DNA of 64,000 nucleotides from Trichinella spiralis. Lineage: Eukaryota. The position numbers were made by a program, and so were the translations under genes. The notes beneath the pieces are model-generated. The model did not search any database. It saw only the letters and a list, made by a program, of their open reading frames with translations, and was not told where the DNA came from. The DNA is taken from the NCBI RefSeq assembly GCF_000181795.1, contig NW_003526940.1:2867011-2931010 (forward strand), written 5' to 3'. This document shows, piece after piece, positions 50,687 to 64,000 of the stretch (its first letter is position 1; every line of letters starts with the position of its first letter).

Positions 50687-52479
50687 ATGTTCAGTTTAGA
50701 AAAAGGATTGGTAAACTTCTTTTTTAATTTATAATTCTATTTCATTTTTTAATGTTTTGACCTCATTCATTTGATCATATATATTTTCAGATATTTATCG
50801 GGTTATAAGTTGAAAAATTGTTTAAGCTGTTTCCACATATTTTATAAAAGAATGTATAATTTACTAATATTGTTTATTATTTTCATATTTTATTACAATA
50901 AAGTGTTTACGAAAACTTTTAAAACAATTCCTCATTGCAGATTCCTGATGCAAGAGGTCCAACATTTTCACCTTACAAAAGAAAGGAAATTTCCACATAT
51001 CAACAAGTTATTGAAAACCTCGTACAGGGAACTTATGCAGTGAAGCCTGCAGAACCTGGTAAGATTAGAGCACAGCAATAAAGCAAAGCAAGCATTTCAT
51101 TTTAATATTTTGAAACAAAAAATATTTGAAAAATAAAGTGAGTAAAGTTATACTATTATTTTGGTTTTTTAATTATTTTTAGTTACTGAATACAAATATC
51201 TGAACAGCATAATGGAATTTTTGGACAAAAAAATTTTAACAGCGGCTGAGAAATTTACGGTTTCGAGAAAAGTTTTTGTTAGTTCTTTACCAAAAAACTG
51301 GAAGCGAGGTGCATATAAGAAATTTATATATCATTATTATTTTAAATTTTATGCATCAATATTACAATACTGTTTTAAAGTTTGAAATTTTTACATTTGT
51401 TTATCTGAATATTATTACTTACTTCATTTTGCTATTTCTTTCATTTTTGATTTCAAAATATTATTTGTAAAAATTATGTAAATAAAGCTATAAATTAACT
51501 TACAACTGTGCAGCGCTGAAAAATAAATTTATTTACAGATGTAATAGAAACTTCATTTCGTCGCTTTGGTGCATTGACAATTCAATGGTTAGATCCAAAT
51601 GGGAAGCCTTATGATCATCTTGAGAACGGTGAATTTTTTAATTTTCATTATAAACAATTTTTTAACATGAACACATGAAGGTAGTTTGAAAATTTTACGT
51701 TTTCAGATTCTGCGTTTATTGTTTTCAATGAAGAAGAAAGCGTTAAAAATATGATGAACATGGGCACAATGAATGAATTTGGATATTTTATTGATATATT
51801 CAATTCTATGAAAGAAAAGAGGACAGTAATAAATTTAAATTAATTAAAAATGATTTTTTATCTTTATTTTATTTATGTTTTATGTAACTGTACGACCATG
51901 GGTGATTGCTGAAGGCATTTGTTTAAGGTATAAAAATAATTATTTGATCGATCGCTGTTTAAGCGTCTTAGTGAGCAAAACTCCCTTCAACGCCAAAGCA
52001 GGTATTGTAATCATTCATTTATTTAAAGAAAAATTTTCACAATAAATACAGTTTAGCTCAACTGGCAGAGGCTGTGGAAAAAATATTTCCAGGTGTAGCA
52101 TGTGTAAAAATTTTAACTGATGAAATGTATGATTATCCTACTGGTTATGCACGCGTCTTTTTTACCAACGAAAACAGTTACGAAAAGTGCATTTCTGAGC
52201 AGTATGTTTCACTTGAATTTAATGATAAAAAAAGACGGGTAAGCTATTTAATAGCAAATGCTTTTATCATTGTTAACATTTACATTTGATGTTCAGGTTA
52301 AATTTATTCCTTTTGACGAGCAATTATGTCATACAGGCAATTTTTCTCAAGACAATTCTCGCGACGTAACTCTGGAAGCACCAACTTCACAGACTGCTAC
52401 AATAAGGTTGGAATGGGACCGTCCTATCGATGAATATTTCAAAAATAAAATAAATTCACAAAGTCCCAATGAAAAATAA
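50687..52479 (+). CDS. Divergent CPEB-family RNA-binding protein (two RRMs), about 8 exons; possibly pseudogenising
   Basis: VSRKVFVSSLP, IETSFRRFGALTIQW, SAFIVFNEEESV, VTVRPW, IFPGVACVKILTDEMYDYPTGYARVFF and VKFIPFDEQLC follow the CPEB RRM1-RRM2 pattern. Confidence 0.82.
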
Positions 52480-55400
52480 GTTATCATAAAAATTGAATGT
52501 TCTTTTTTCTTTCTTATCATTAACGCTGTGAATTTTTTTTATTTTTGGTTTTACAAGATGAATTATTTAAAAATTATTTTCATTTCAGCCTGCATAAGAT
52601 GCAGAATATTTTATCTGTGATTAAAATTAAAGCTTTATCAGCAATAAACATAAACATCACTTATAAAATATTTTTCTTCATTACAAATCTCCTGATGGAA
52701 CAAGAAAACATGGTCATTTTATTACGCAATCCAGTACTTTTAGTCGATTTTTTCTAGAAAAAGTTTTATCAAAAAATTTGTCATATGTATCTATTTATTT
52801 AATGCTTCAATTAATGTATTTAATTATTGTTTATTTGTGAATAGATATTTTTATAAAATAATATGACAAACTAAAAATACTGCTTATTCGTAATATGGAG
52901 ACATCAATTTTTATTTTTTAATTTGAAGCTTAATTTGAATTACTTTATTTCCTAGATGTTACTAGGAATTAATTAATACTAGTACTAGATTTAATAATGA
53001 ATTAATACTAGTACTAGATACTACTGCATAATGTAACGTGTTCGGCATATAGCATGCAGTTGAAAATATATTTATTTTCCTTCAATTCAGCTTATTGTTT
53101 AACTTCGTGTTGAAAATAGAAAAGGAGATGAGCAATTCCAAAACGAATTTTAATACAAATAGTTTCTTATGGTAGTGATAACTGAAACGCATTAAAAAAA
53201 TAAAAAATATCTATCTAAGCATGTTTAATAGCATTATTTTTAACTTTAACTTGAATATGTTCTTATTCACAATGCTTACAAAAAAATAATTTCATGACAT
53301 TGAAAAGCGTTGCATGTATGTTAATGAAAGCATTCTCTCCATAGAATAACATGTGTAACGATTCGTTATTTAATTAATAGAATTCAGTGGTCATGTTTTC
53401 ATAATCTTAATATTTTAAACATTGGCACTATCCTGCTTTTTTTATAGGTAAATAATTTTCATTACATTCGTCAGGGTGCACTTTTGTACACATTCTGCTC
53501 TTTGCTTCCATAAATATATTTTCTAAAAATACGTTGGATAGTTTTCTAATTTTACATTTATTATTTTTCATACAAACATCATTTCTGTTCAGTGCTCATA
53601 AAAATGTTTTTATAAGTCGTTTTTAGCAAATATGAATGAAAGCAAAAGTCACTGACAAACATTTATTTCAAATAATATAATACAAATCAAATACAAATGA
53701 ACAAGCAAATAAATATGCATATATTTTCATTTTGTTGAAATATGTGAAGACGAGCAGTATCAAGTAACCAAGAATACTTGCAACAGTTTATTATAATAAG
53801 AAGCAGCAATTTGTGCAGCACAGAAAATGAAAATGAAAGAGAAAAGAGTGAAAGATTAGAGTTTACGCAGCAATCATCAGCAAGTAATGTTAGCTGAAAA
53901 ATTCTCTTAATTGCTTGCTCATAAAGCGCTTTTATATGCATTGCTTATTACGCATTTTCACTCGAGGCAAAATAAGAAAGGAATGAAGCAATTCCACCTA
54001 CATTCAATAGCTGTTATTGCTTGCTATTCGATCAGTGCTACCAATGATATATAAAATCAATAAATTCCAGTGTATTTATTCCAAGCAGACCCATAGGCTA
54101 TCTCTTTCAACACATTTCTTTTTAAACAAGAAATTATAAAAAATATCTTCACAATACCATACAACTATCGTAATGTATAAATTGTTTTCAGCTATAATAA
54201 AATGATTCAAAGGCTGTTTTCAGAAAAAGGAAGAAAACCAAACTCAGGTCTCTAGTCATTTTTTTGGTTCCAAAACGACTACGTTTTTCTAAGCCCTTTC
54301 TATTGTCTTAACATAAACATATGGAGAAGTGTTGAGCAGGAAATCGATATTCCACATTTTTTTAATTATTCTGTCAATTTCGAGATTTCTGGACAATATT
54401 TTAAACTAATTTGAAAAATCTGTACAAGCCATCAGCATTTTTGACTGATGATGAGTAGCATGTGTCAATGCGCGACCATTACGTAATTAGTAAACAAGAA
54501 AGCAAATTTTCGATTGTTCATAAATTAGGACATGCATTTTACGTTTACTGAAAAATTATGAATTTGAAAAGAAAGTCAAGCAAAAAAGCCAGCGAAAACG
54601 TTGCGCAGTAATAATGCTATCATTTTTGCTGGTTCCATGGAAATTGTTCTAAATTATTGCACCAAAAGAAAATTTCACAGAAAAAGAAAACTGATTTAGC
54701 ATTAGCTGTGCAGAGTACCTGCTATACCAGATATTGCAATGCATTCTGGCAGAGTTCGAGATCTAAAATTATTTTCTATAAAAAAGGTAAGTTTTCACTA
54801 AAATAAATATATATAATGACAAATGAAAAAACATTCAGTTTATTTTAATGTACTTTATGCAGATTTCTAAATATTTAATTTCAGAAAAAATATTATAATT
54901 CGAACAAGGTGAAATATGTTTTCCGTTGCATGAAACAGCAAGACAAAGTGGCAAGAAGCAGGAAGAAATAAAAATATTACTAATACAAAGCAGATTAAAA
55001 GTTCAAATGCAATAAATCAAATAAAACTGCAATTTAAACTTATCTTAATTATGCCTTGTGAATAAAATTTCTTATTGCAGTGCATGACATCGCAGACTCC
55101 ATACCAGCAGCTACTCCATATTCAGAGATATTCATGAAGAAAAAATTCTGCATTTTACACGTTAAAGAAATTCGTTTATGTTGTGTATGAGAGTCGATCA
55201 ATGCTTGCAGAGACTTTATTTGTAATGATAACACAGTAACAAGATATATGTATAACGCACACACAGACTACGCCCACACTACTTGGCATTAACTACTGGT
55301 ACTACTGTAATATGTTCCTGAGGGCTCTTTTGAATATATTTTTGATCACATAACATCGCAATACATAATTTATTTACAGTAAAGCAAATAAACAGTAATT

Positions 55401-55495
55401 TATTTATTTGATGAAAGTCTAATTTTAAATAAATTTAATGTATTAAGGGTTGTCTAATGATTCTAAAAAGGTTTGCCAACGTTAGTAAAATCAAA

Positions 55496-57424
55496 ATGAC
55501 ATTTTGTAAAAATTTTAATGTATATAATATATGCATTTTTTTGCTGTGGTTTACCTTCCCCAACCATTCAGCAGCAACAACAAAATGCCAAAATTTAAAT
55601 GGAAATGGTGATGTAGACTGGTAAGATGATGAATCCAATCAATTTACACTTGCTAATTTTATATTTGTAAAATTCTGCAAGTAGATTAAAGATTTCTACA
55701 AAAGAAAAACAATACGTGCAAAATGCGTTTTATTAACAATTAAAAATATTTGTTGCTGTCACCATGAAATGAAACAGTAACTACAAAGCTTTTATTAGGG
55801 CCATTTTGTATAAAGCCCCAGCACAATCAAGAGGAATGACACTGATTGCTGGAGGTGGTGCAGGAAATTGGGTAGCCAACCCAGTTGATGTAACACAAAT
55901 GGCCGCTCATTCATTTGGTAAAGTGCTTGAGCATGTCATTGCTGAAAATGCAGCAAACAAATTTATTGCATACAACAATATTCCACCTGATGTTCCAAAA
56001 GTTAATACAAAATCAAACAGTAAAGGTAACGTAAACTAGTTAAGAAACTAAAAGCAAAAAAAATGGAAAATCACCAGCCTTCTTAGGTCTATTAATGATG
56101 AATCCACAGCCCGCAGATGAAGCTTCGTGGATTGTTCACACAGTTCCAGGATTCCCTAAAGCGTTAAGAGGATACTTATTTCCACCTGAAGAAATTCAAA
56201 AAGGACATTTGTTTATTTGTTTGACAATTAAGGAAAGTGAAATTGATGCAATTGGTAAATTTATCACTTTGATTGTGTTTAAATCTGTTTTGTGTGGGAC
56301 TGCTTAGCAGGCAGTTTGAATAGATGCTTAAAATTTATGAAAATTTCTATGCTGAAAATAATGATTTATGACGAATGTGGGTGAAATATATTTTATTAAC
56401 AATTTTATTATATTTAGCTATGACCTTAAAAATTGCAACTCCATTGATATATCACAATGATATACCAGCTGAGCAGATTAATTCTCGACCAAATCTAAAA
56501 AAGCTGATCAGTGATGAATCAAGAATTTTACCGCCTTTAACAGTGACACAAGAAATTTCAACTGCAGGACCCGGAGGATTGAAAATTACAATTTACAGCA
56601 AGGGTGAAAAATCAAGATATGGTAAATCGCGTTGCTATTATTTTTTGATATTTATTTAAATATTTCGAAAAACTAAGACTTAGTTGTGAGCATTCATCAC
56701 TCATCTTACTTTCCGTTGAACTTTTTACTAAGAAAACTAAAAATATGCTCTGAAAACACAATATTAAAAACCTCATTTAAAATTTTTGAAATGAAGTTAA
56801 ATCAGCAAATGATCTTTATATTGTGAAATCTTTATTTAGAAATAAAAAATTGTATAGAATACATGCAAAAATATGATTTAAATCAGTACATTAAACAAAA
56901 CATATCTTGCATCTTTAGGAGTTTAATGATTCCATTCCCAAAATTTCAATTGTTTATTGATGAAAACATAAAGTTAATATGTGAAATCTGTTTCTTTATG
57001 AATTTTAGTTATAAATGCGTTTATTCATTTTAAAAACCCTATTTTAGAAATTTACCGAAGAATGCTTGTTAAGAAACTGAAGACAACTATTAAAGTTTGG
57101 ACAACAAGAGATAAAACATTGAAAAGTGACTGCAGGATTTTTGGGAGAAATATAAGATTAGTAACAAGTCCCATTGCTGTTAATGGTCATGCAAATTCTC
57201 TTGAAAATGACGTTTCTCAATGGCTGGTTAGTGACCCAGGAAACAAATTTTGCGTGATTGATAAACCTTATCATGTAAATTTATAGTTATCAAAAAATCA
57301 GTCATATAAAAAGTACTTTTTTTAGAAAAGTCAAGCAAAAGAACCGGCAATAGCACTGTGCATTGATGCAGAAGGCATTTTTGCCCGTTTCAATGAAATG
57401 GCAGCGAATTTAGAAAACTGCTAA
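55496..57424 (+). CDS. Deoxyribonuclease II / plancitoxin-1-like protein, copy 1, 6 exons, signal peptide
   Basis: C...VDWAILYKAP, FIAYNNIPP, WIVHTVPGFP, GHLFICLT, DVSQW and terminal ENC*; an in-frame upstream ATG at 55457 is also possible. Confidence 0.93.
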
Positions 57425-59068
57425 TAAAAAATCTCTGCAGTTTATTAAATTGATATTTGCTTCAACATTTTTAGGGCAAAAATCTGTAGTGTAGTTTTTT
57501 CAAGTTCTGTATTTGAATTTGAAATTTATGAAAAAAAATTTTGTCACATCAAAAAGAAATAGCTGTGGCGTAATTTTAATATATTTTAAATGCGTGAGTT
57601 TTTTACATTTGGAAACCTAGTTATTATAACCACTGCAAAATGTAATTGTCATTTAATTTTGTTTAAGCATAACCAGGCAATATCTAGCATTGCATTATGT
57701 GTTGATTAAAGGATGCCTATTAATAAAGTCTATAAAAAGCTTTAATAAAAATGCTATTGTTTTTCAGTTTCTGTCTCTGAATATCTGAGTTCAGCTTTGA
57801 GCAATGTGCGTTCTTCAGATCTTGTTTTTATTCACTTGTTTATTACACTGAAGGATTTGGTTATGCATACTGCAGAAAATCTCAATTTAAAGCAGTTGAT
57901 GACAGTCACTGTCAACAGCAGAACTAATAAATATTAATAATACTGAATCTCACACATCATACAGAAATAGGAAGGGCATTTAAATTTAACCTTTTTTTCA
58001 AAATATTGTAATTAATTTTAAGTTTCACAATCTTTATTATTAAGTATTAAGATAATGTGATAGGATGGGATAGTATACAGCAAGATGAATATTTTTTTAT
58101 TTTAAATTCTTGTTTGTCAGCAGTTAGCTATATTAATTCGGTATTATAATCACAGATATAAAATTTTTTAATGCTGCCAAATTCATATCAGATGTAGCAT
58201 GTTACATATATATAGAAATGATCAAAAATTGATGCGCTTTTATTTTACATGGAATTTCAAGGTATAAACTAATAGCAATTCTGCCATATTAAAAATCAAA
58301 CATTTCTATATCACAGAAGTTATACTTGCAAAAGTGAAGTGTGTACGTTCAAGAAAAAGCAAATTATTTGCTTATTTAATGAAGATGTTTACTATCGGTC
58401 CTGAAATTTTTGTTTGCTATAGTTAAATACTACTTTTCTTTTTTCTGATTTTCTATTACTTTCAAAATAGCATTTCTTCAATTCAGTAGCCTCACTTCAT
58501 TTCACTACACTGCTCTTATAAATACAGATGCAAAATTTAAGACAAAGGTAGTCTACAATATGTTCTTCAAAAACAATTAACATGATATTCCCAGATATAC
58601 TACAAAAACAAAATAAAGTAGCTAAAATTATTTATAGAAATATGAAGACAATAATTGTTATGAACCCACAGTGGCTAAGGTAATCTGTGCTTAAAGAAAT
58701 ATGAGTAAAACAATCTTACAGTCATGACTCTTGAACTATATGTACTTAAGAAGCAAATTACTTATCATATTTCAAATGAGACAATCAAACGATAAAATAA
58801 TAACATCTAACAGAAATAAAGAATTAAATGAGAATTCAAGTCATTTCAAATAAAAACATTTAAACAAGTTTTCTGAGATTATTACATTATAAAAGAATAT
58901 ATTTGTTTACAGTACAAACACTAAAACATAACAAACATTACTGACAAACATTTACTTCTCAAGTTTATAAGCTATATTTATCTGATTGAAGAATAAATCT
59001 CAGATAATTTACAACAAAAGAAGCTGCTTAATGATTTGATAGGGTAACAAACATTAACGGATCTCAAT

Positions 59069-62000
59069 ATGCTTGCTAATGCAGACTGCTGTATAATGCA
59101 CATCAGATGGATTTTTGTTTTATGGTTCTCTTTTCCCAGATATTCAGAAGCAACATCAAAATGTTATAATTTAAATGGTGGTGCGGCAGCAGATTGGTAA
59201 GAGATTGTCAGCTTTTAATTTTTATTTTCCAAAATGTTGATGCAAAATATGCGTAGCGTCTCCTTGTGAAGGCAAAAATGCCACTTTCAAAATTTCACTA
59301 CATTGTATTTTATTGATAAATGATAAAATACGCCGCTGGTGCAATGAAGTTTACGTAATGAATTTTTTGTAAAATAATAATGAATAACCGTGGGGACTAT
59401 GGCAGGGCAGTGAACATTTGTAATAATATGATTATAATTGTATCATGTAATCAGACTCATTATTTTCTTAAGAATTTCAAATCATTGTGAATATTTTAGT
59501 TTAACAAAAAATGATTTGGGATTTCCATTGAATAATTAAGAATTAAGGATGCAATATCTTGTAATAAATTTCGATTTAGTTTGAAAAATCTTGAACATGC
59601 CAACATGTGCTACTAATTTCAGTTATTGTAATGTTGCTTGTCATATCTCTAAATATATATAAAATTGTTTTATTTAATTAATTGCAGCAGTCAAAAAATC
59701 AATTCCTAGGTTTGCACGACGTAAATATATTATTTAAGACACGAACTTGCTTGAAATGCTTTGTCAGGGATGGGCGGTATTCAAGATCGGTACATTGTGA
59801 ATTCTTACACGCGGTTCACTGTTTATATGAAATCTATATACAATGCTACAAAATTTAATTGCCATAGAAACATTAAAAGGGTCATATTCATAGAGTATCT
59901 TATTTCAAAATTAAAATTACATTTAATTTGAATGAAAAAAAGATACAAAGTAATTCATTAACAAAAGCGAATTCAAACAAATACCGACAGGTGAATTCAG
60001 GGTTGAGAATTTCACTGGCACAAAGTACAATGTCATTACCATGACCTGCAAACTAGTGCACATTTTAATCATGTTTTCAATTAAGGAAATGCATAATTTT
60101 CATTATGAAAAATTTATGATATAGATATACACGCATAACGTGCTTAACGCTGTTTCGCTACAACGCTCTTTTTGGCATGTCACGTGACTCAATTTCCCTT
60201 AAAACAAGAAACTTAGCTAAATATTTTTAACAGCAGTGAAACAGTTTTATTACATCACTTTGCTTCAGTTATTTCATACATTCTATTAATCATTCACAGT
60301 AATTGGTTTGATTTTTGTTAGATATTTTTGGCCATATATTTTTTGTGTGCTGTGCTCATTATCTCACAACGAGGGTTTTAGCAATGACAACTTAAAACAG
60401 CTGGTAAGTTATGCACTGGTAATAAACCAGCAATCGTTGATTCAAAAAAGAATATATTTATGAGAACTATAACAGCAGAATTTCTGAAGAACAGCATCAC
60501 CAACATTACACAAATCAAGGACCAATTCATAGAACTGGATGCTGCTGATGAGCGAAGTTCCAAAGCTAGACAGGATTTTCAGATGATCAAGAGCAAGAAA
60601 TTCAACATGAGAGAAAACGTAAAGGGATACAGTTAACACTTGATAGTTTTATCATCACGAAACCCAAGATTGAGAAATCGAAGGCTGGGCCATCATCACA
60701 ATGATTATCATGAACTGTAAAGTATGCGAACATTTTTATAAATATTTCAAACGAATTTTCGTTTATATATATTTCATGTATGTATAGTGACATTTGGTTG
60801 AACTGATGTACTATAAACACATGATACAACGACCCCGCACAACCCGGTTTCACTTAGTGCTCTTTTTTTGACCATCCAAGAGCTTTAAACACTGAATGTC
60901 TGTAATAAGGAAAAGAAATAGAGGTTTTTTACTAATTTAACTTGCATTTCATCCGCATTTTGGTAGATACCGATGAAAATAAGAAAGAGATAAACAGGGA
61001 TGATGTTAACATATGGAATCTAGTAGTACAAAATGACGGTATATGATAAATACATTTTTTGCTGCTCATTAGCCTACTCAAATATGTTTAGCTTGTACAA
61101 GATGGCAGTGTTTTTAGCATTTTTATATCTTCCAAATGTACCAAAAGTTTTCTACATTACTTTTCATAAATAACTATTATTAATACTGATGATATAATAC
61201 AACTTATGAAAAAATTAATAAAAGAGTCCTATATAGGGTTATTGTGTATAAAGCTCCTGCACAAAATGTAGGAAAGGCATTAATTGCAGGAGGTGGTGCC
61301 GTTGCATGGCAAAACACTCCAGATCTTACTGGGGTTGCTGCGCATGCAGTTGTAAAATCACTTGAACATGTCATTGAGGCAAATCCTGGAAACAAATTTA
61401 TTGCCTACAACAATATCCCACCGGATGTTCCGAAAGTAAAAACCAAATCAAATAGCAAAGGTAACAACAGTAAACGTTAAAACAAGAAATGGTCAATTTT
61501 AGAATTATCATTTTACTTAGGTGTGCTAATGATGAATCCAAATGTCCAGGATGAAGCTTCATGGATTGTTCATACAGTACCAGGATTCCCGAAAGCGTTA
61601 AGAGGATACGTATTTCCACTTGCAGAAATTCAGAAAGGACATTTGTTTATCTGTTTGACAATTAAGGAAAGTGAAATTGATGGAATTGGTAAATTCATTT
61701 GCATGAAAACATTAAATTTACGCAGAACTATTTGACAAATGCTTAAAATTTCATATAGAAAAAGAATATGAGGCAAATATAATTGAATAATAATTTCATA
61801 TGATAAAATGCATGCAATTTCTAGCGATGGCCTTGAGAATTGCAACTCCATTGATATACCACAATGATATACCAGATGCCGAGATAGATTCTCGACCAAA
61901 TCTGAAAAAATTGGTTAATGCTGCATCGAGATTAACACCACCGCTAACAGTGACCCGGCAAATTTCAACAGCAGATGCTGCAGGACTGAAAGTGACAATA

Positions 62001-62810
62001 TATAGTAAAGGTGAAAAATCAAAATATGGTAAGTCACATGTGTTACTGCTAAATTTTCAGAACAAACATCTGGCAGAATTTTGCTCTGCTAACATAAATC
62101 TTTCATAATTCATTTTTTATTCTACAGTAGTAGTATATACAACAAACAGAGAAAAGTTTGCTAAAGCTGTAGTCATAATAATAATTTGATGCAGAAAAAT
62201 GCATTATCCGGCGAAGAAAAATTACATAAATTACTTTGCAAAAATATGGAATGATTTTGAAATACGGTATCACAGTTAACGCATTGAACAGAGTGCAGTT
62301 GTACTAATGGAAGGCGTGTTTTCTTAAAATAATCACAACATAAGCATTTGAACGGATGTTTGAAAATAACACGCCTTTTATTACAATTTGCTAGGATTTT
62401 CATGTAAATTTCAAAAAAAATCTAATTACAGAGATTTACCGAAGAGTACTTGTGAAGAAATTAAAGACAGGCATCAAAGTTTGGACAACAAGAGATAAAA
62501 CATTAAAAAGTGATTGTCGGATTTTGGGCAGAAGTATAAAATTAGTAACGAGTCCTATTACAATTGGTGACCATGCAAGTTCTCTTGAAAGTGATGTCTC
62601 TCACTGGTTAATTAGTGATCCTGGAAACAAATTTTGTGCTGTTGACAAGCCATACCATGTAAATATAAAATAATTAGAACCAGTCGTATAATAGAATGTT
62701 TTTTTTAGAAAAGCCAAACTAAAGAGCCAGCAATTGCCGTGTGCATCGATGACGCTACCATTTTTGGTCATTTCAATCTAATTGGTCAGAATGTAGAAAA
62801 TTGCGCATGA
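59069..62810 (+). CDS. Deoxyribonuclease II / plancitoxin-1-like protein, copy 2, 6 exons with a ~2-kb first intron
   Basis: Exon 1 at 59069-59196 (signal peptide...CYNLNGGAAADW); same motifs and intron positions as copy 1; TGA at 62808-62810. Confidence 0.93.
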
Positions 62811-63745
62811 AGCCACGAGACTGATGACGGAACTCATTTCATGTCTGAAAACTTCAGTTGAATAAAACAGAAATAAAATTTAGTCTATGTACGTGAGATT
62901 TAACAAAGTATATTTCAACTAACAGTTCAACAAGAACCATATTTTCATTTCTTCGTATTCTAAATAGTTTATTAAGTCGATATGTTATTCGCAATTTTCA
63001 GAGAAACGCTTCTGTAATAGACAATTCTATCATAATTAGTATAGTTTAGCAAGGATTGCACAGATCATTTTGCGCATGCGTTGAGCATTGCTAATGTTAT
63101 ATCTGTCAGTTTTTTGTTTAAATAATTGAAAATTCTTTAAAAAGAAGAAATATGCGTTATTTAATTTTCTATTAATTTTGATTTCATAGAAACATGTTTC
63201 TGAGCGTTATTTCGCATTTTTTCAGCAAATTAAATCATATTCTTATTATTCAAAACAATCTGATAATATGTAAGTAAGGAATTCATATTGCAAAGCGTAC
63301 ATATCGCAAAATGAAACTGATATTAACCATATGCATGTTTTTTTCAGCATTCCCTGTCTTCAGTATACAAAAAATTTGATATAAATTTTTCTGGAAATGA
63401 AATTCTTTCTCTAAAGTAATACTTCAATAAACAATCCATTTCGTTCACATTTTACTGGACATATTGCTCCTCACTACTTTTATTGCTTAAATGATATTTT
63501 ATCTGTGAAATGATAAATTAATGGAAAATGACTGTTCAAGCCATTTTAAAGAAGAACATTTTAGATATGAAGCTTTATTTAAATTATTATATCTGATAAG
63601 AAAATATTTATTTGCAGCGCAATGGTTAAACATTTATTTTACAACAATCTGTATTTATTTGATTGAAGAATAAATCTTAGAAAATTTACATCAAAAGAAG
63701 CTGCTTAATTATTTAATAGGGTGACAAACATTAACGAACCTCAAT

Positions 63746-63873
63746 ATGCTTGTTAATGGAGACTGCTTTATAATGCGCTTTAGGTGGATTTTTGTTTTAT
63801 GCTTCTCTTTTCCGAGATATTCAGTAGCTACATCAAAATGTTATGATTTGAATGGTGGTGCGCTAGCAGATTG
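63746..63873 (+). CDS. DNase II / plancitoxin-1-like copy 3, exon 1 only (gene continues beyond the window)
   Basis: Close copy of 59069-59196, including upstream sequence and the TG|GTAAG donor. Confidence 0.85.
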
Positions 63874-64000
63874 GTAAGAATTATTTTTCAACTTTCTGTT
63901 TGCTCTAAACGCTGATGCAGAATATGCGTAGCGTCTCCCTGTGAAAGCAAAGAGAACATTTTCACTTAAATGTAATATATAAAACATTAATAACCATAAA

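Noticed and set aside
52950..53025. Twice-repeated aattaatactagtactagat with internal palindrome
   Set aside because: A simple local duplication; only two units, not a CRISPR-like array

Overview
AT-rich eukaryotic genomic DNA with many short GT-AG introns. The plancitoxin-type DNase II tandem array, MSP-domain gene and transposon types point to a clade I parasitic nematode, most likely Trichinella (inference). Recognisable genes: REEP/DP1/Yop1, MCRS1-like, Eco1/ESCO acetyltransferase, dachshund, tRNA-Cys(GCA), an MSP-domain protein, SMG8, intronless TAF6, a divergent CPEB and three tandem DNase II-like genes (the third runs off the window). Decayed MULE, piggyBac, Ty3/gypsy and KRBA2-like integrase elements are interspersed. 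Most notable: (1) a multi-exon minus-strand gene at 42976-46160 that I assemble as signal peptide + cystatin-like domain + NUDT9-like domain with a degenerate Nudix box + C-terminal hydrophobic anchor; (2) a CPEB lacking its zinc finger and carrying a GT-AT intron; (3) secreted DNase II paralogs lacking both catalytic histidines; (4) an anticodon-deleted inverted tRNA-Cys copy in a dachshund intron; (5) an orphan intron-containing REV3 fragment fused to a gypsy remnant; (6) an exact 29-bp copy of the Nudix exon at a broken piggyBac end. All family calls come from motif recognition by eye, and exon boundaries were assembled manually and are approximate.
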